The notes beneath the pieces are model-generated. The model did no database searches. It was given only the letters and a program-made list of their open reading frames with translations, and had not been told where the DNA came from. Of a stretch of DNA of 64,000 bases, positions 1 to 15,774 are shown in pieces. The translations under genes were made by a program, and so were the position numbers. The DNA comes from Eledone cirrhosa (taxonomy: Eukaryota). The stretch spans positions 224,502,001-224,566,000 of the forward strand of contig OZ024741.1 of the NCBI GenBank assembly GCA_964016885.1. The letters run 5' to 3'. Within the stretch, counting starts at the first letter, position 1. Each line of letters begins with the position of its first letter.

Positions 1-3000
1 ACAGAGACACACCATCACACACAGACACCAACACAGACACACCATCACACAGACACACCATCACACACAGACACCAACACAGACACACCATCACACACAT
101 ACACCAACACAGACACACCATCACACACAGACACAAACACAGACACACCATCACACACAGACACCAACACAGACACACCATCACACAGACACACCATCAC
201 ACAGACACCAACACAGACACACCATCACACAGACACCATCACACACAGGCACACCATCACACACAGACACACCATCACACACAGACACACCATCACACAC
301 AGACACACCATCACACACAGACACCAACACAGACACACCATCACACACAGACACCAACACAGACACACCATCACACAGACACACCATCACACACAGACAC
401 ACCATCACACACAGACACCATCACACAGACACACCATCACACACAGACACCAACACAGACACACCATTACACACAGACACAAACACAGACACACCATCAC
501 ACACAGACACCAACACACACAGACACCAACACAGACACACCATCACACAGACACACCATCACACACAGACACACCATCACACACAGACACAAACACAGAC
601 ACACCATCACACACAGACACCAACACACACAGACACCAACACAGACACACCATCACACAGACACACCATCACACACAGACACACCATCACACAGACACAC
701 CATCACACACAGACACACCATCACACACAGACACAAACACAGACACACCATCACACACAGACACCAACACACACAGACACCAACACAGACACACCATCAC
801 ACAGACACACCATCACACACAGACACACCATCACACACAGACACACCATCACACACAGACACACCATCACACACAGACACACCATCACACACAGACACCA
901 ACACAGACACACCATCACACACAGACACCAACACAGACACACCATCACACAGACACACCATCACACACAGACACACCATCACACACAGACACCATCACAC
1001 AGACACAAACACAGACACACCATCACACACAGACACCAACACAGACACACCATTACACACAGACACAAACACAGACACACCATCACACACAGACACCAAC
1101 ACACACAGACACCAACACAGACACACCATCACACAGACACACCATCACACACAGACACACCATCACACACAGACACAAACACAGACACACCATCACACAC
1201 AGACACCAACACACACAGACACCAACACAGACACACCATCACACAGACACACCATCACACACAGACACACCATCACACACAGACACCAACACAGACACAC
1301 CATCACACAGAGACACCATCACACACAGACACACCATGACACACAGACACCAACACAGACACACCATTACACACAGACACAAACACATACACACCATCAC
1401 AAAGACACATATACACACACATGCACACCATAACACATACAAACATACACGCCATTACATCCCATCATACAGACACTTACACACACAGACACACCATCAC
1501 ACAGACACACCATCTCACAGACACCAACACAGACACACTATCACACAGACACCATCACACACAGGCACACCATCACACACAGACACACTATCACACAGAC
1601 ACACCATCACACACAGACACACCATCACACAGACACACCATCACACACAGGCACACCATCACACACAGACACACCATCATACAGAGACACCAACACAGAC
1701 ACACCATCACACACAGACACACCATCATACAGAGACACCAACACAAACACACCATCACACACAGGCACACCATCACACACAGACACACCATCATACAGAG
1801 ACACCAACACAGACACACCATCACACACAGACACACCATCATACAGAGACACCAACACAGACACACCATCACACAGACACACCATCACACAGACACACCA
1901 TCATACAGACACACCATCACACACAGGCACACCATCACACACAGACACACCATCACACAGACACACCATCACACACAGACACACCATCACACAGACACAC
2001 CATCACACACAGACACACCATCACACAGACACACCATCACACAGACACCATCACACAGACACACCATCATACAGACACACCATCACACACAGGCACACCA
2101 GCACACACAGACACACCATCACACAGACACACCATCACACACAAACACACCATCACACAGACACACCATCACACACAGACACACCATCACACAGACACAC
2201 CATCACACACAGGCACACCATCACACACAGACACACCATCACACAGACACACCATCACACAGACACACCATCACAGACACACCATCACACAGACACACCA
2301 TCACACAGACACCATCACACAGACACACCATCATACAGACACACCATCACACACAGGCACACCATCACACACAGACACACCATCACACAGACACACCATC
2401 ACACACAGACACACCATCACACAGACACACCATCACACACAGACACACCATCACACAGACACACCATCACACACAGGCACACCATCACACACAGACACAC
2501 CATCACACAGACACACCATCACACAGACACACCATCACACAGACACCATCACACACAGACACCATCACACACAGACACACCATCACACACAGACACACCA
2601 TCACACACAGACACCATCACACACAGACACACCATCACACAGACACACCATCACACACAGACACACCATCACACAGACACACCATCACACACAGACACAC
2701 CATCACACAGACACACCATCACACACAGGCACACCATCACACACAGACACACCATCACACAGACACACCATCACACAGACACACCATCACACAGACACCA
2801 TCACACACAGACACCATCACACACAGACACACCATCACACACAGACACACCATCACACACAGACACCATCACACACAGACACACCATCACACAGACACAC
2901 CATCACACACAGACACACCATCACACACAGACACCAACACAGACACCATCACACACAGACACCATCACACAGACACACCATCATACACAGACACACCATC

Positions 3001-4285
3001 ACACAGACACACCATCACACAGACACACCATCACACACAGACACCATCACACACAGACACACCATCACACAGACACACCATCACACACAGACACCATCAC
3101 ACACAGACACACCATCACACAGACACACCATCACACACAGACACACCATCACACAGACACACCATCATACACAGACACACCATTACACACAGACACACCA
3201 TCACACACAGACACCATCACACACAGACACCATCACACACAGACACACCATCACACACAGACACACCATCACACACAGACACACTATCATACACAGACAC
3301 CATCACACAGACACACCATCATGCACAGACACACCATCACACACAGACACACCATCACACACAGACACACCATCACACAGACACTCCATCACACAGACAC
3401 CATCACACAGACACACCATCACACAGACACACCATCACACACAGACACACCATCACACAGATACACCATCATACACAGACACACCATTACACACAGACAC
3501 ACCATCACACACAGACACACCATCACACACAGACACACCATCACACAGACACACCATCACACAGACACCATCACACACAGACACCATCACACACAGACAC
3601 ACCATCACACACAGACACCAACACAGACACACCATCACACAGACACCAACACAGACACACCATCACACAGACACCATCACACACAGACACACCATCACAC
3701 ACAGACACACCATCACACACAGACACACCATCACACACAGACACCAACACAGACACACCATCACACAGACACACCATCACACACAGACACACCATCACAC
3801 ACAGACACCATCACACAGACACCAACACAGACACACCATCACACACAGACACCAACACACACAGACACCAACACAGACACACCATCACACAGACACACCA
3901 TCACACACAGACACACCATCACACACAGACACCAACACAGACACACCATCACACACAGACACCAACACAGACACACCATCACACACAGACACCAACACAC
4001 ACAGACACCAACACAGACACACCATCACACACAGACACAAACACAGACACACCAACACACACAGACACCAACACAGACACACCATCACACACAGACACCA
4101 ACACACACAGACACCAACACAGACACACCATCACACACAGACACCAACACAGACACACCATCACACAGACACACCATCACACAGACACACCATTACACAC
4201 ACAGACACCATCACACACAGACACCAACACACACAGACACACCATCACACAGACACACCATCACACACAGACACCAACACACACA
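1..4285. repeat. Complex CA-rich minisatellite (ACACAGACACACCATC / ACACAGACACCAAC units, 14-18 bp)
   Basis: Directly visible tandem units. The 988/971/334-aa His/Thr ORFs are translations of this repeat. Confidence 0.97.
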
Positions 4286-4463
4286 ACACTGCACTCAAAT
4301 AGTACATCAATATACAGAAAAGTAATATGCGCATGACGATTTACACCAATACAGATATGCGTATACATATATTTATACACACACATATGTGTGTGTGTGT
4401 GTGTAAGTGTGTATTCATATATGTATACACACATGAATTTATATATATGTATGTACATGTATG

Positions 4464-4499
<36 letters not shown>

Positions 4500-4600
4500 C
4501 ACATATGCACACATGTGCACACACACTCACACACATACATGCACACATGCACACACACATACATATATATATAATATATATATATCTTTATATATATATG

Positions 4601-4669
<69 letters not shown>

Positions 4670-4701
4670 AGATCAAAAGATGGTTAAATGAGTTCCATGT
4701 A

Positions 4702-4769
4702 ATTTATTATGCGCATTTCAAAAACAAATATCATCATGCAATAACATTTGTGTTTTCATCAGATTAAAT
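4702..4769 (-). ncRNA. Type I hammerhead ribozyme, Penelope-like minimal form (family 1)
   Basis: Minus strand reads ATTTAAT-CTGATGA-[AAACACAAATGTTATTG CA TGATGATATTTGTTTTT]-GAAA-TGCGCA-TA-ATAAAT. The core is intact, stem II is long, the stem III loop (TGCGCA) is palindromic, the site is UA, and stem I is AU-rich with one bulge. Confidence 0.7.
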
Positions 4770-4903
4770 AGGAAGACATGATATGAAGGTTAAAAACACT
4801 TGTGGATAGTACAGTTTTAAATCAACATATCAAATGTAAAATGCTTCTTATCCGATATCTGCATTGCTTTATTGTACTACAATAAAACTCACCTCCTACA
4901 CAC

Positions 4904-4959
<56 letters not shown>

Positions 4960-5001
4960 GTATGTATATATACACATATATATGTATATATGATATACAT
5001 A

Positions 5002-5041
<40 letters not shown>

Positions 5042-5049
5042 TATGTATA

Positions 5050-5339
5050 TCATTTCATTTCATCATCATCTTTTCATTTTACATCTGCTTTTCCCTGCTT
5101 GCAAGGGTGGGACGGGAACTGATTCTGGCTTGATTTCTACAGCTGGATGCCCTTCCTAACACCAACCTCATTTACAGTGAGTGCTGGGTGCTTTTTTGTC
5201 ATGGCACCTCCACGACGACTTTGCAGTGGAATGATAGCGAACCCAGTCCCTATCATCTCATTTCTACAGCTGAGTAAACTGGAGCAATGTGAAATAAAGT
5301 GTCTTGCTCAAGGAAACAACACATCACCTGGTCTGAGAA
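5050..5339 (-). mobile_element. SINE family B, 5'-truncated, RTE-type 3' tail
   Basis: Reverse-complement match to the full copy at 46354-46940 and to 52397-52670. Confidence 0.85.
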
Positions 5340-6030
<691 letters not shown>

Positions 6031-6362
6031 TATATATATATATATACAGAAAACAGTATGCATATACAAATATTGAAAATATTCACACAAAGACACACAT
6101 ACTAGTAGATATAAAGACAAATTGCATAGTAACACATTAAGTAAATTATTCCACAAAAACACAGTAATATATTCATATAAACAAAAACTATACACCTAGC
6201 AATACATGATAAATTCAGCCCAGCACCCCCAGTCCGCCATTCCACCCTCTCTACCACCCATGTGCACTATATCGTTTACAACTACATATAACACACTAAG
6301 TAGATAATGTATTCTCAACAATATTTTTACAGGCAAAAAAAAAAATCATAACACCATTTGTA

Positions 6363-6420
<58 letters not shown>

Positions 6421-6540
6421 TAGTGATGGTGGTGGTGGTGATGATGATGATGATGAGGAAGAAGAAGAAATATGAAACATCAGTTGAGGAAATTGTTGAA
6501 GAGAGTGCAAGACTATGCAAGAAACATCAGCACATCAAAG

Positions 6541-6611
<71 letters not shown>

Positions 6612-6645
6612 ATGTGTGTGTGTGAGCATGTATACTATGTATATA

Positions 6646-6757
<112 letters not shown>

Positions 6758-7149
6758 GTAGGTATGTATGTGTGTGTATGTGTATTTATAATATGTAAAT
6801 ATGATGTGTATGTACATATATATATATATATGTAAATATGATGTGTATGTATATATATATATATGCGTGTGTGTGTGTGAATTTTTTTTCTGACAGATTT
6901 AGGAAAAATTGCCGTAAAAAGTGTTTTCTAACAATGCAAAAGTGATCAATGAAAATAAAATAAAAAGCATGAGAAGTTCAATGGCGTTTTCTCTAAGAAA
7001 ATGTATCTCAGAATTTTTTGGCTATAAATGAAAGACAGCTCTATATTGTAGCTGTTTAGCTGGTTCCTATTGTGGTAAGTCTAGGACTTTGGTGGCTTTT
7101 ACTGATTCTCTAATAGTTGTGTCTAGTTTTCATATATTTGTATATGTGT

Positions 7150-8020
7150 AGCTGTGTATGTGTGTCTGTAGCGTATGTAGTGTGTGTTTAGTGTGTGTAT
7201 GTTGTGTGTAGAGTGTGTATGTTGTGTATAGTGTGTGTGTATGTTGTGTGAAGTGTGTGTATGTTGTGTGTAGTGTGTGTATGCTGTGTGAAGTGTGTGT
7301 ATGTTGTGTGTAGTGTGTGTATGTTGTGTGTAGTGTGTGTATGTTGTGTGTAGTGTGTGTATGTTGTGTGTAGTGTGTGTATGTTGTGTATAGTGTGTGT
7401 AGAGTGTGTAGTGTGTGTATGTTGTGTGTAGTGTGTGTAGTGTGTGTATGCTGTGTGTAGTGTGTGTATGTTGTGTGTAGTGTGTGTAGTGTGTGTATGT
7501 TGTGTGTAGTGTGTGTATGTTGTGTGTAGTGTGTGTATGTTGTGTGTAGTGTGTGTATGTTGTGTGTAGTGTGTGTATGTTGTGTGTAGTATGTGTATGT
7601 TGTGTGTAGTGTGTGTAGAGTGTGTAGTGTGTGTATGTTGTGTGTAGTGTGTGTATGTTGTATGTAGTGTGTGTATGTTGTATGTAGTGTGTGTATGTTG
7701 TGTGTAGTGTGTGTATGTTGTGTATAGTGTGTGTATGTTATGTGTAGTCTGTGTATGTTGTGTGTAGTGTGTGTATGTTGTGTGTAGTGTGTGTATGTTG
7801 TGTGTAGTATGTGTATGTTGTGTGTAGTGTGTGTATGTTGTGTGTAGTGTGTGTATGTTGTGTGTAGAGTGTGTAGTGTGTGTATGTTGTATGTAGTGTG
7901 TGTATGTTGTGTGTAGTGTGTGTAGTGTGTGTATGTTGTATGTAGTGTGTGTATGTTGTGTGTAGTGTGTGTATGTTGTGTGTAGTATGTGTATGTTATG
8001 TGTAGTCTGTGTATGTTATC
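7150..8020. repeat. ~20-bp GT-rich minisatellite (GTGTGTGTATGTTGTGTGTA)
   Basis: Visible tandem units. Confidence 0.95.
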
Positions 8021-8513
8021 TATGTTTCTGTGTGCTTGTTTTGTTATGGTTTAATATTCTTTCTATATAGTTGTGATCTTTTATTATTATTTTTTATCTG
8101 CTTCTTATGATGTGCTCTAGAATTCTGAATGTTTTACAGTTTTTCTTTCATGTTCTTTCTTTTTTTTTCTTTTATGCTTTTGTTTTGTTTGTAGAGATTC
8201 TAAGAACTTTCTGTTTATGTTTGGAGTAGTTTAGTTACAGTCTATAACGATAGAGCTGTTGTTATCATTGTTGGATATTTCCAATCAGCCTTGACCTTCT
8301 TGTAAGAAGTAAAGGAAGTGGGTGGGTGGGTGGATGGGTGGGTTGTTCATTATATTACATATATGAGAACCCACTGAATACATATTTAGTATGCACATCA
8401 CACTACACCATTCTCCTTCGATATGTTTTCCTCTCAGTCCTTTTATTGATACCCATAATCAGCATCACCACATTCCCTCTACTTCTATAAGTACTTCGTC
8501 CCATCTGAGTCTT

Positions 8514-8555
8514 GCTAACTGAAAAGGTCTAATGAGACCAAAACAGGCCCATAGC
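8514..8555 (+). ncRNA. Degenerate hammerhead-like motif
   Basis: GCTAA-CTGAAAA-GGTCT-AATG-AGACC-AAAA...TAGC. Stem II is perfect, but G>A changes hit both core strands (CUGAAGA, GAAA). Confidence 0.4.
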
Positions 8556-8652
8556 TATTACCAATTGGATTTGAAGACAAAATCAACGTCTAACTGCATT
8601 ACCTTTATTAAAAAAAAAAATTGGATTAACTGATATTATTAAAGTTATCCTC

Positions 8653-8757
8653 CCGAGGTTGACTTTGCCTTTCTTCCTTTATGGGGTCGATAAAATAAAG
8701 TACCAGTAATGAACTGAGTAATTGCTGGCCTTGTGCCTAAAGTAGAAACAATTATTA
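8653..8757 (+). mobile_element. SINE family A fragment
   Basis: GAGGTTGACTTTGCC...GGGGTCGATAAAATAAAGTACCAG...GTAGAAACAATT is shared with many copies. Confidence 0.85.
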
Positions 8758-8879
8758 AAGTTATCCTCCATGCTTGTTGTTTTTGTTTATGTTTTAAGCA
8801 CCTCCAGGTGGTGTGGCATTTTGTCTCTTATTGCAAGGATAATCTTGGTTAATCAAATATTTTCAGTACACTATAATAC

Positions 8880-9376
8880 ATATGTGAGACTGTATATTTA
8901 GTTTGCTAATGACTGAAAGAATATCATTGAGAATACAAGTGGTCAAAATGGGGTTCCTCCTTGGAGTAATGTTACTTGATAGAGTATGTACCTCGGAGAT
9001 CAGAGAGTCACTCCAGGTAGAGCTGCTACTTCTCCGAATTGAGAGATCACAGCTCCAATACTATGGGCATGTAGTTAGAATGTCTCAGGAAAGAATCGCT
9101 GGACAGATTTTATGGGCCAAACCAACTGACAGGAGACTCAAGGGTAGACCCCGAGCAAGATGGTTGGATAAGATCCATGAGTTTGACTGATCTTGCTTGG
9201 AGATCCTGCCAGATCAGTTGGAGACAGTTGCTTCTGACAGGACTCGCTGGAAGGAATGTTTGAGGACTCTGCCCCCACTCAGGAAGAAGAAGAAGAAGAA
9301 GAAGAAGAAGAAGAAGAAGAAGAAGAAGAAGAAGAAGAAGAAGAAGAAGAAGAAGAAGAAGAAGAAGAAGAAGAAG

Positions 9377-9405
<29 letters not shown>
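8880..9405 (+). mobile_element. RTE-clade LINE 3' fragment with (GAA)n tail
   Basis: Translation IRESLQVE...QLQYYGHVVRM...KGRPRARWLDKI...DRTRWK is a typical RTE C-terminus. It is followed directly by about 41 GAA units (9283-9405). Confidence 0.85.
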
Positions 9406-9407
<2 letters not shown>

Positions 9408-10194
9408 TGTTGGCAACATTCCAACAGTTTTGTTATTATTTTTATCATTTAATGTCCTATTTTCTACACTTTCCCCAATGCTCTCAAACAAACTATTATT
9501 CTCTCTCTGCTCTCTATTAATTGTTTTTGATAATTTAGCTATAGAAGATGTAGCAGTGCCATGACCTGTTGCGAGAGTTGGTGGGAGAAAGTGGTGAAAG
9601 TTTTCCTCAAGCTGAAACTCTAGTTTGAACGTTTCACAACAGAGTGGACTACATTAAAGGCATCTGAGTTTCAGGCAAGGTTGTTAATGGCCAATGAAAT
9701 AAAATCTTAAACACAATCACAGGCATAAACCATCTAACTGGCTTCTACACTGTTTTTGTTTACCAAATTTTACTTACAAAGCTTGCGCTATCTTGGAGCT
9801 AACATAGAAGATATTTGCTGAAAGGTGTTTTTTTAGTAAAATTGAACCTATAGCTGCAAAATTGTTTCAAAGCAAAATGTCTTAACCACACAGCTATGCC
9901 ATCACTTTTAGAGAAAGTTCGTTCGACCTCATACAGGCTGCAATATATTCTGTTTGTTCTATCAAGTAAAGTACTTTTTAACTTTCTTATTAAATTGGTA
10001 AACTGAAAGATGGGTATGGGTGTGGTTGAGGCTATTAACTAGCATCCCTGCAATGATCAAAGTTATGTGTAACAAATATCATGTAAGCTACAGTTCAGTT
10101 AAGAGTATAACAAAAAAAATAACCAAAATATTAACCTAAGTCAAGATTGAAATGAGGGGGTGGAGGGCTGATGGCACATTTGAGTAATTCATTA

Positions 10195-10612
10195 GGCATG
10201 GAGAGGGAAGGAGAGGGAGAGAGGAGAAGTGGGGGTTGGTGGGCGAGAGATAGAGAGAGAGAAAGTGAGAGCAAGAGAGAGGGGGGGGGGAGAAAGGGAG
10301 AGATGAAGAGGGAGGGAGAGAGAGGGGAGAGAGGGAGAAGGAGAAAGAGAGAGGGAGAGGGAGAGGGAGTGAAATAGAGGGAGAGATGAGAGGTGGGGTT
10401 GGTGGGAGAGAGATAGAGAGAGAGAAAGTGAGAGCAAGAGAGAGGTTGGGAGAGAAAGGGAGAGAGGAAGAGGGAGGAGGTGGGGAGCGAGGGGGACGAA
10501 GAAAGAGAGAGAGGGAGAGAGGGTGAGAGAGAGGGATATATATATATAGATAGATATATATAGATAGAGAGGGAGAGAGAGGGGGGGGGGGGAGAATGCG
10601 GGGGGGGGGGGT
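10195..10612. repeat. Purine-rich (GA/G-run) tract
   Basis: Polypurine low complexity. A similar tract lies at 11485-11675. Confidence 0.9.
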
Positions 10613-11864
10613 TATTATAAGGGTAGCTAGTTGTTAATTATAGCAATGAATTTTCACAATTTTTTTTTCATTAACTTTTTGTCAGAGGTTTCAGCAAAGA
10701 CCAAGACATGAAAGAAAGAAAGAAAACAAAAAAAGGTGGTGGTGGCGGTGGTGGTGGTGGGGTCGTAGGGATGAAGGAAGTTTCCAATTTCATGCAGCTT
10801 AACCAGAGAAAATTACTTTTCATAGCTTTACTAACTTGTCATTAATTTTCTCTCAGTGAAAATAGAATTTTAAATTTGCTTTTATCTAAGTTCATATGTA
10901 AATATTCTAATAATAGTATAAAATGTTTTCTTGTCACATTCAACATTGGTGTTTGCTCTGAAATTGCAATATAAGCGTACGTACGGCAGAGAAGAGAGGG
11001 TTTTTTCTTCTTCTTCTGACATTCATTAACAGTGTTGGATGCTGGCAAGAGAAAGTGGTAAGCAATTTTGGAGAGAAAGTGGCAAGTTATGTTTGATAAA
11101 AAAAAATAATAATAATAAAAAGAGAGAAAAAAAAAGCAAAGGTTCTCTGAATGAATTTATTCCACACTACCACGAGAACATATGGCTGATGCTTAATTTG
11201 ATTTTCACTGAAGTGTTCCATTCTTTGTTAGATATTGGAATCGATAGATTTTTTTTAAATTTTATTTCTTTATCTCTTCATTATTTGTTTGTTTATTTTT
11301 GTTTATTTTCGTATGTTTATTTGTTTATTTATCTGTTTATTTATTTACTTATTTTTAGCTTCTATCTATATTTTAGATGTTTGCTTGTTGCACTCTGTAA
11401 CCATTCTGGTGTTTCTTTCATGTTGGGTAGAGAAAATACCATTTAGTTCTAAATTTAGTGGAATGTTATACATGACCTCAGAGTGAGGATAGAGAGATAT
11501 ATATAGAGAGAGAGAGGGGGAGAGAGGGGGGGGAGAAAGTAAGTGAGTGACTGAGGGAGTGAATGAGGGAGAGAGAGAGAGTAAGTGAGGGAGTGAATGA
11601 GAGAGAAAGTGATAGAGAGAGAAAGTGAGAGAGAGAGGGAGTGAGTGAGGGAGGGAGAGAGGAAGAGAGAGGAGCAATATTGCAATATTGAATTTATAAG
11701 GACAAAAGTTACTAAAAAATGACTAATTTACTAAAAATAATTATTCATCAAATTTAATGCTAGAAATTTTTAGTTCATTGGTAAAATATTGAGGAGAATC
11801 ACAGCTGAGGGTGAATGAGTTGGACATAAGATAGACAACAGTCTGTCTACTGACCAAGAGAAAG

Positions 11865-12145
11865 ATGGTGGTGGTGTTGGTGTGGTGGTGGTGGTATTGG
11901 TGGTGGTGTTGGTGGTGGTGGTGGTGGTGGTGGTGGTGGTGGTAGTAGTGTTGGTGTTGGTGGTGGTGGTGGTGGTGGTGGTAGTGGTGATGGTGGTGGT
12001 TGGTAGGGGTTGGGGTGTTGGTGGTGATGATGGTGATGGTGGCGGTGATGGTGGTGGTGGTGAGGGTGGTGGTGAGGGTGATGGTGGTGGTGTTAGTGAT
12101 GGTAGTGATGCTGGTGGTTGTGGTGGTGTGGTGGTGGTGGTGGAT
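11865..12145. repeat. (GGT)n-type repeat
   Basis: Visible. Confidence 0.9.
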
Positions 12146-12544
12146 GTTGAAACCTATGGTTTGATCTATGATTACCAGTACAGTTAATTCTTGCTTGGTA
12201 CAGTCTATTTAGCCGTAAACATGTACCATCTGAGCATGTTATAGAAGTAAAGACTGCAACAAGGTGAAGTGAGAATACTACAATCATTCAATCAATAGGG
12301 TGATGACTACAGCCACCTCCCTATGGTGGTGGCAGTGGGGACACTAGATGGTACTGGTCCCCCAGCTCTACTTTTTCAGTGGGTGTATCTTCAGATTTAG
12401 AAGAAAAAATATGGTGATATGTTTATTCTGAATGTCCCCTTAGAATTACCCAGAATATTCTGAAGTACTCCATGAGAACCTGGAGTGTTGAGTTCAACTA
12501 AACTCTGTAACACTACTATCGCCAACACTATGCTTCTATACTAA

Positions 12545-13212
12545 ACCACCCCACCACACCACACCATACCACACCCCGCCATCACACCACCACGCCAGCA
12601 CACCATGCTACTATGCTCCTCCACCACCACCACACCACACCACCAAATCACCACATCACCACATGTACACATCATCATGCCACCACTCTACACACCACAA
12701 CTACACCACTACATCACCACATCACCCCACCCCACCACAACACACCATAACACACCACAACACAGCACACATCAACACAGCACACCACAACACAGCGCAC
12801 CACACCACCACAATACACCACAACACACTACAATACAACACAACACACCACACCACACCACACCACAACACACCACAACACACCACACCACAACACACCA
12901 CAACACACCACACCACAACACACCACAACACACCACACCACAACACACCACAACACACCACACCACAACACAGCACACCACACCACCACAACACACCACA
13001 ACACACCACAATACAACACAACACACCACACCACAACACACCACAACACACCACACCACAACACACCACAACACAACACACCACACCACAATACACCACA
13101 ACACACCACAATACACCACAACACACCACACCACAACACACCACAACACACCACACCACAACACAACACACCACAATACACCACAACACACCACAACACA
13201 CCACAACACACC
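12545..13212. repeat. CACCA/CACAA pentamer-based satellite
   Basis: Visible tandem units. Confidence 0.93.
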
Positions 13213-13513
13213 AAGCACCTTGGACGTATGACTACCCCAGGGATCCATTTGTGAGGTAAGAGGAGTGGCTGCATAAATAATCTTTCAAAATTAAAAAAAA
13301 TTGAATATGTGAGTGTCCCAAATACAGAAAATAACTAATAGATAATAGATAGTATGGACAGAGGTGCTGACAAGGAAGGTAATTTACTCAATTAGGAAGA
13401 GAAGCTGCATAATTAATACTTCAAAAATTGATAATTTTGAAAATGTGAGCACCCTTAAAGTAGGAAAAAATGAACCATCTGCTCAAAAACAAACTGAAAA
13501 CAAAATTACTTCA

Positions 13514-13703
13514 TTAAAACCTTTAGCATTTAAACCAGCTGTATCCAGCTGTATCCAGCCAGTATTCTCTCACCCTTTTCTGTTTAAATTGGCCATAACT
13601 GGCAGTCAAAAAAGAAATATAAAAATCTCATAGATTCGGTATTATGTGTTTACCAAGAAAATACAATAGTAAATATAGAGTAATGTAAATACTAAAGGGT
13701 TAA
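13514..13703. mobile_element. piggyBac-type MITE (degenerate)
   Basis: TTAA..CCTTTAGCATTT ... AAATACTAAAGGG-TTAA termini. Homologous to 15203-15431. Confidence 0.7.
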
Positions 13704-13769
13704 ACCTCAGAGTGAAACTATTAATCATTAACTGTTTATTTATTTACCTTCTGTTAAACCATCAGAGTC

Positions 13770-14035
13770 ATTTGGCCAGTGCTTATCTCTAGTTTTATTT
13801 TTCACTGGCATTAAGCAACTGAGAGTACAAGACAACATCCCTTGGCAAAATGTCAGTCCATTGCAGGGTTAACCCTTAGTGATTGCTGGTTCTTATTTTC
13901 AGCTGACCGTGCTTGAGCAATATGAAATGAAATGTTTTGCTCAAGAACCCAATATGCTACCTGATTCAGGAATCAAACTCACAGCAGTATGTTTGTAAGT
14001 TCAACGCCTTAATCACTAGGCCACACACTTTCATA
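13770..14035 (-). mobile_element. Old family-B-related SINE
   Basis: tRNA-like head (TGGCCTAGTGATTA, GAGTTTGATTCC) plus CTTGAGCAAAACATTTCATTTCA on the minus strand. Confidence 0.65.
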
Positions 14036-14199
14036 AATCATCTGTAGAAAAAGAAAACACATGTGAAAGTTAACAGAATAGCATTAACTTAAAACTAAGT
14101 TACTTCATTTAAACCCCAGGGCATAGCTGTTAATCATAAACCCTCTATAGTGCATCAAGAAAACACAACTAATAGAATAGCACTAACTTTAAACTAAAT

Positions 14200-15110
14200 T
14201 ACAAAAGAAACTCATGAGATGGATTTCATAATGAAAATTGAATACAAAAAGTGCATAAAACATTGAACAATGTATGTGGAAAGAACTATTTCTAATTGAT
14301 AGTGAGTAGTAATCTTATTTAATTGACATATTTAATCACAGGAATTGCTACAGTGAAATGCCTGTGAGAGATTTGTTAGTGTGGATTGTTATACAACAAA
14401 CTATATTTTGATTACCATGTACATTCTTTGGAAAAGGCAGAGTTAATACACCACCTTTGACAACAGAGAATGGCTGATCTACCATATAACAATGGAGAAA
14501 ATTATGTGACAGAATTCCTGAGCATGAATGTAGAAACTAATATAAATTGAATAACTTATCATTGAAAGAGCTCATATAAAGAATTAATTGAAACAGATGT
14601 ATGGAACATATTCTGCATCAATAAATTGTAGCAGAGGAGACTTACTGGATTAATATATTACATTGTTTAATTGGCATTGTATTTTGGGGTGAAAACAGGT
14701 AAGTATTTTGTGGTACCTCTCCTCTGATTGGCAATGTTTACAATGGTAACTTCCTTGGGCTTGAAACCCACATCAGGAGGGTCAAAGAAAGTCAGAGAAA
14801 TAATAAGAAAGATGGCAAACATTATTTGTCAGCTGAATAATAAAATGAATTTATTTATTTCCCTGATCTTTTTATGTCATTGTCGATTCTGTCATTGGTA
14901 GTTTAACAAGAAGATTTGAAGCTGCAAAGAAAATACTTTATGATACTTTAAAATTCCCATGACAATATCTGTCTAAATTGTAAAACATTTTGACTACAAA
15001 GTGTGTCATTTGCAGATATTTACAATGAGGAAGTAAATGGCAAATAATGCTCAAATATATTAACCAACATGAATAGTATGACATAAGGTGACGAATTTGG
15101 GGAACTTCAG
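14200..15110 (+). pseudogene. Fossil hAT-superfamily transposase fragment
   Basis: ~14353 reads VKCL*EIC*CG, a decayed VKRLSETRWSA hAT motif. ~14868 reads LFYVIVDSVIGSLTRRFEAAKKI...F.*QYL, typical of hAT/ZMYM1-like C-terminal regions. Multiple stops. Confidence 0.6.
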
Positions 15111-15202
15111 CTTAGAGTCTTGGATTTACTCAACAAGACATACATCCACGAGTAAGAAAACTGTTCCAAATACACCACTCTGGATTTTATTCACAATGCA
15201 AC

Positions 15203-15431
15203 TTAACCCTTTAACATTTCAACCAGTCGTATCCGGCCAGAATTCTCTCACCTCTTTCTGCTCAAACCAACTGTAACCAGCCTCTCATACTGATTTTAAG
15301 GTATTGTTCTCAAAATACATAACATCAAAACCTCATAGATTCGATATTATGTGATATAATTATGTAAGATAAAACTTTTAACACAAAGATACAATAGTAA
15401 ATATAGAGTAATATAAATGCTAAAGGGTTAA
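15203..15431. mobile_element. piggyBac-type MITE, ~221 bp
   Basis: TTAA|CCCTTTAACATTT ... AAATGCTAAAGGG|TTAA gives TIRs and a TTAA target duplication. Confidence 0.85.
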
Positions 15432-15444
15432 CTTTATCATCCTT

Positions 15445-15576
15445 TTAGTGTCCTATGACACTGTCAGACGACATTGACATGCCTTTCCAGGCGCTGAACT
15501 GGAAGACCATTGACTTGTCCAGTTTTACCTTTGCTCCTGTCAATGTTTCATACTCCTGTAAGAAGGTGCCAACAAC
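15445..15576 (-). pseudogene. L1/Tx1-clade reverse transcriptase fragment
   Basis: Translates VVGTFLQEYETLTGAKVKLDKSMVFQFSAWKG, matching the Y...tGakiN..KS RT domain-6 pattern of L1/Tx1. Confidence 0.7.
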
Positions 15577-15774
15577 TTTGGTTGTGCAGGATGATTTTCA
15601 ACAACTCCATCTTCTGTAGTAGTGGCTTGGACTCAGTACATACAGAAGGAAGGAGAGAGAGAGAGAGAGAGCACCCTTGATGGATTGGGCACGTGATCTG
15701 AAATGATTCCAATCGGTGGCCATATACTCAGACTACCAGACAGGACCAAAAATTGGAATGATAATAATTATTAT

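Noticed and set aside
1336-4336. 988/971-aa His/Thr-rich ORFs
   Set aside because: The CA-rich satellite lacks stop codons in several frames, and there is no unique coding sequence.
13748-14042. Possible exonised SINE on the minus strand (good AG and GT sites)
   Set aside because: Splice-like motifs alone are insufficient, and there is no coding signal.
14342-14698. Plus-strand exon bounded by CAG and GTAAGT
   Set aside because: Stops in all three frames; better explained as a hAT fossil.
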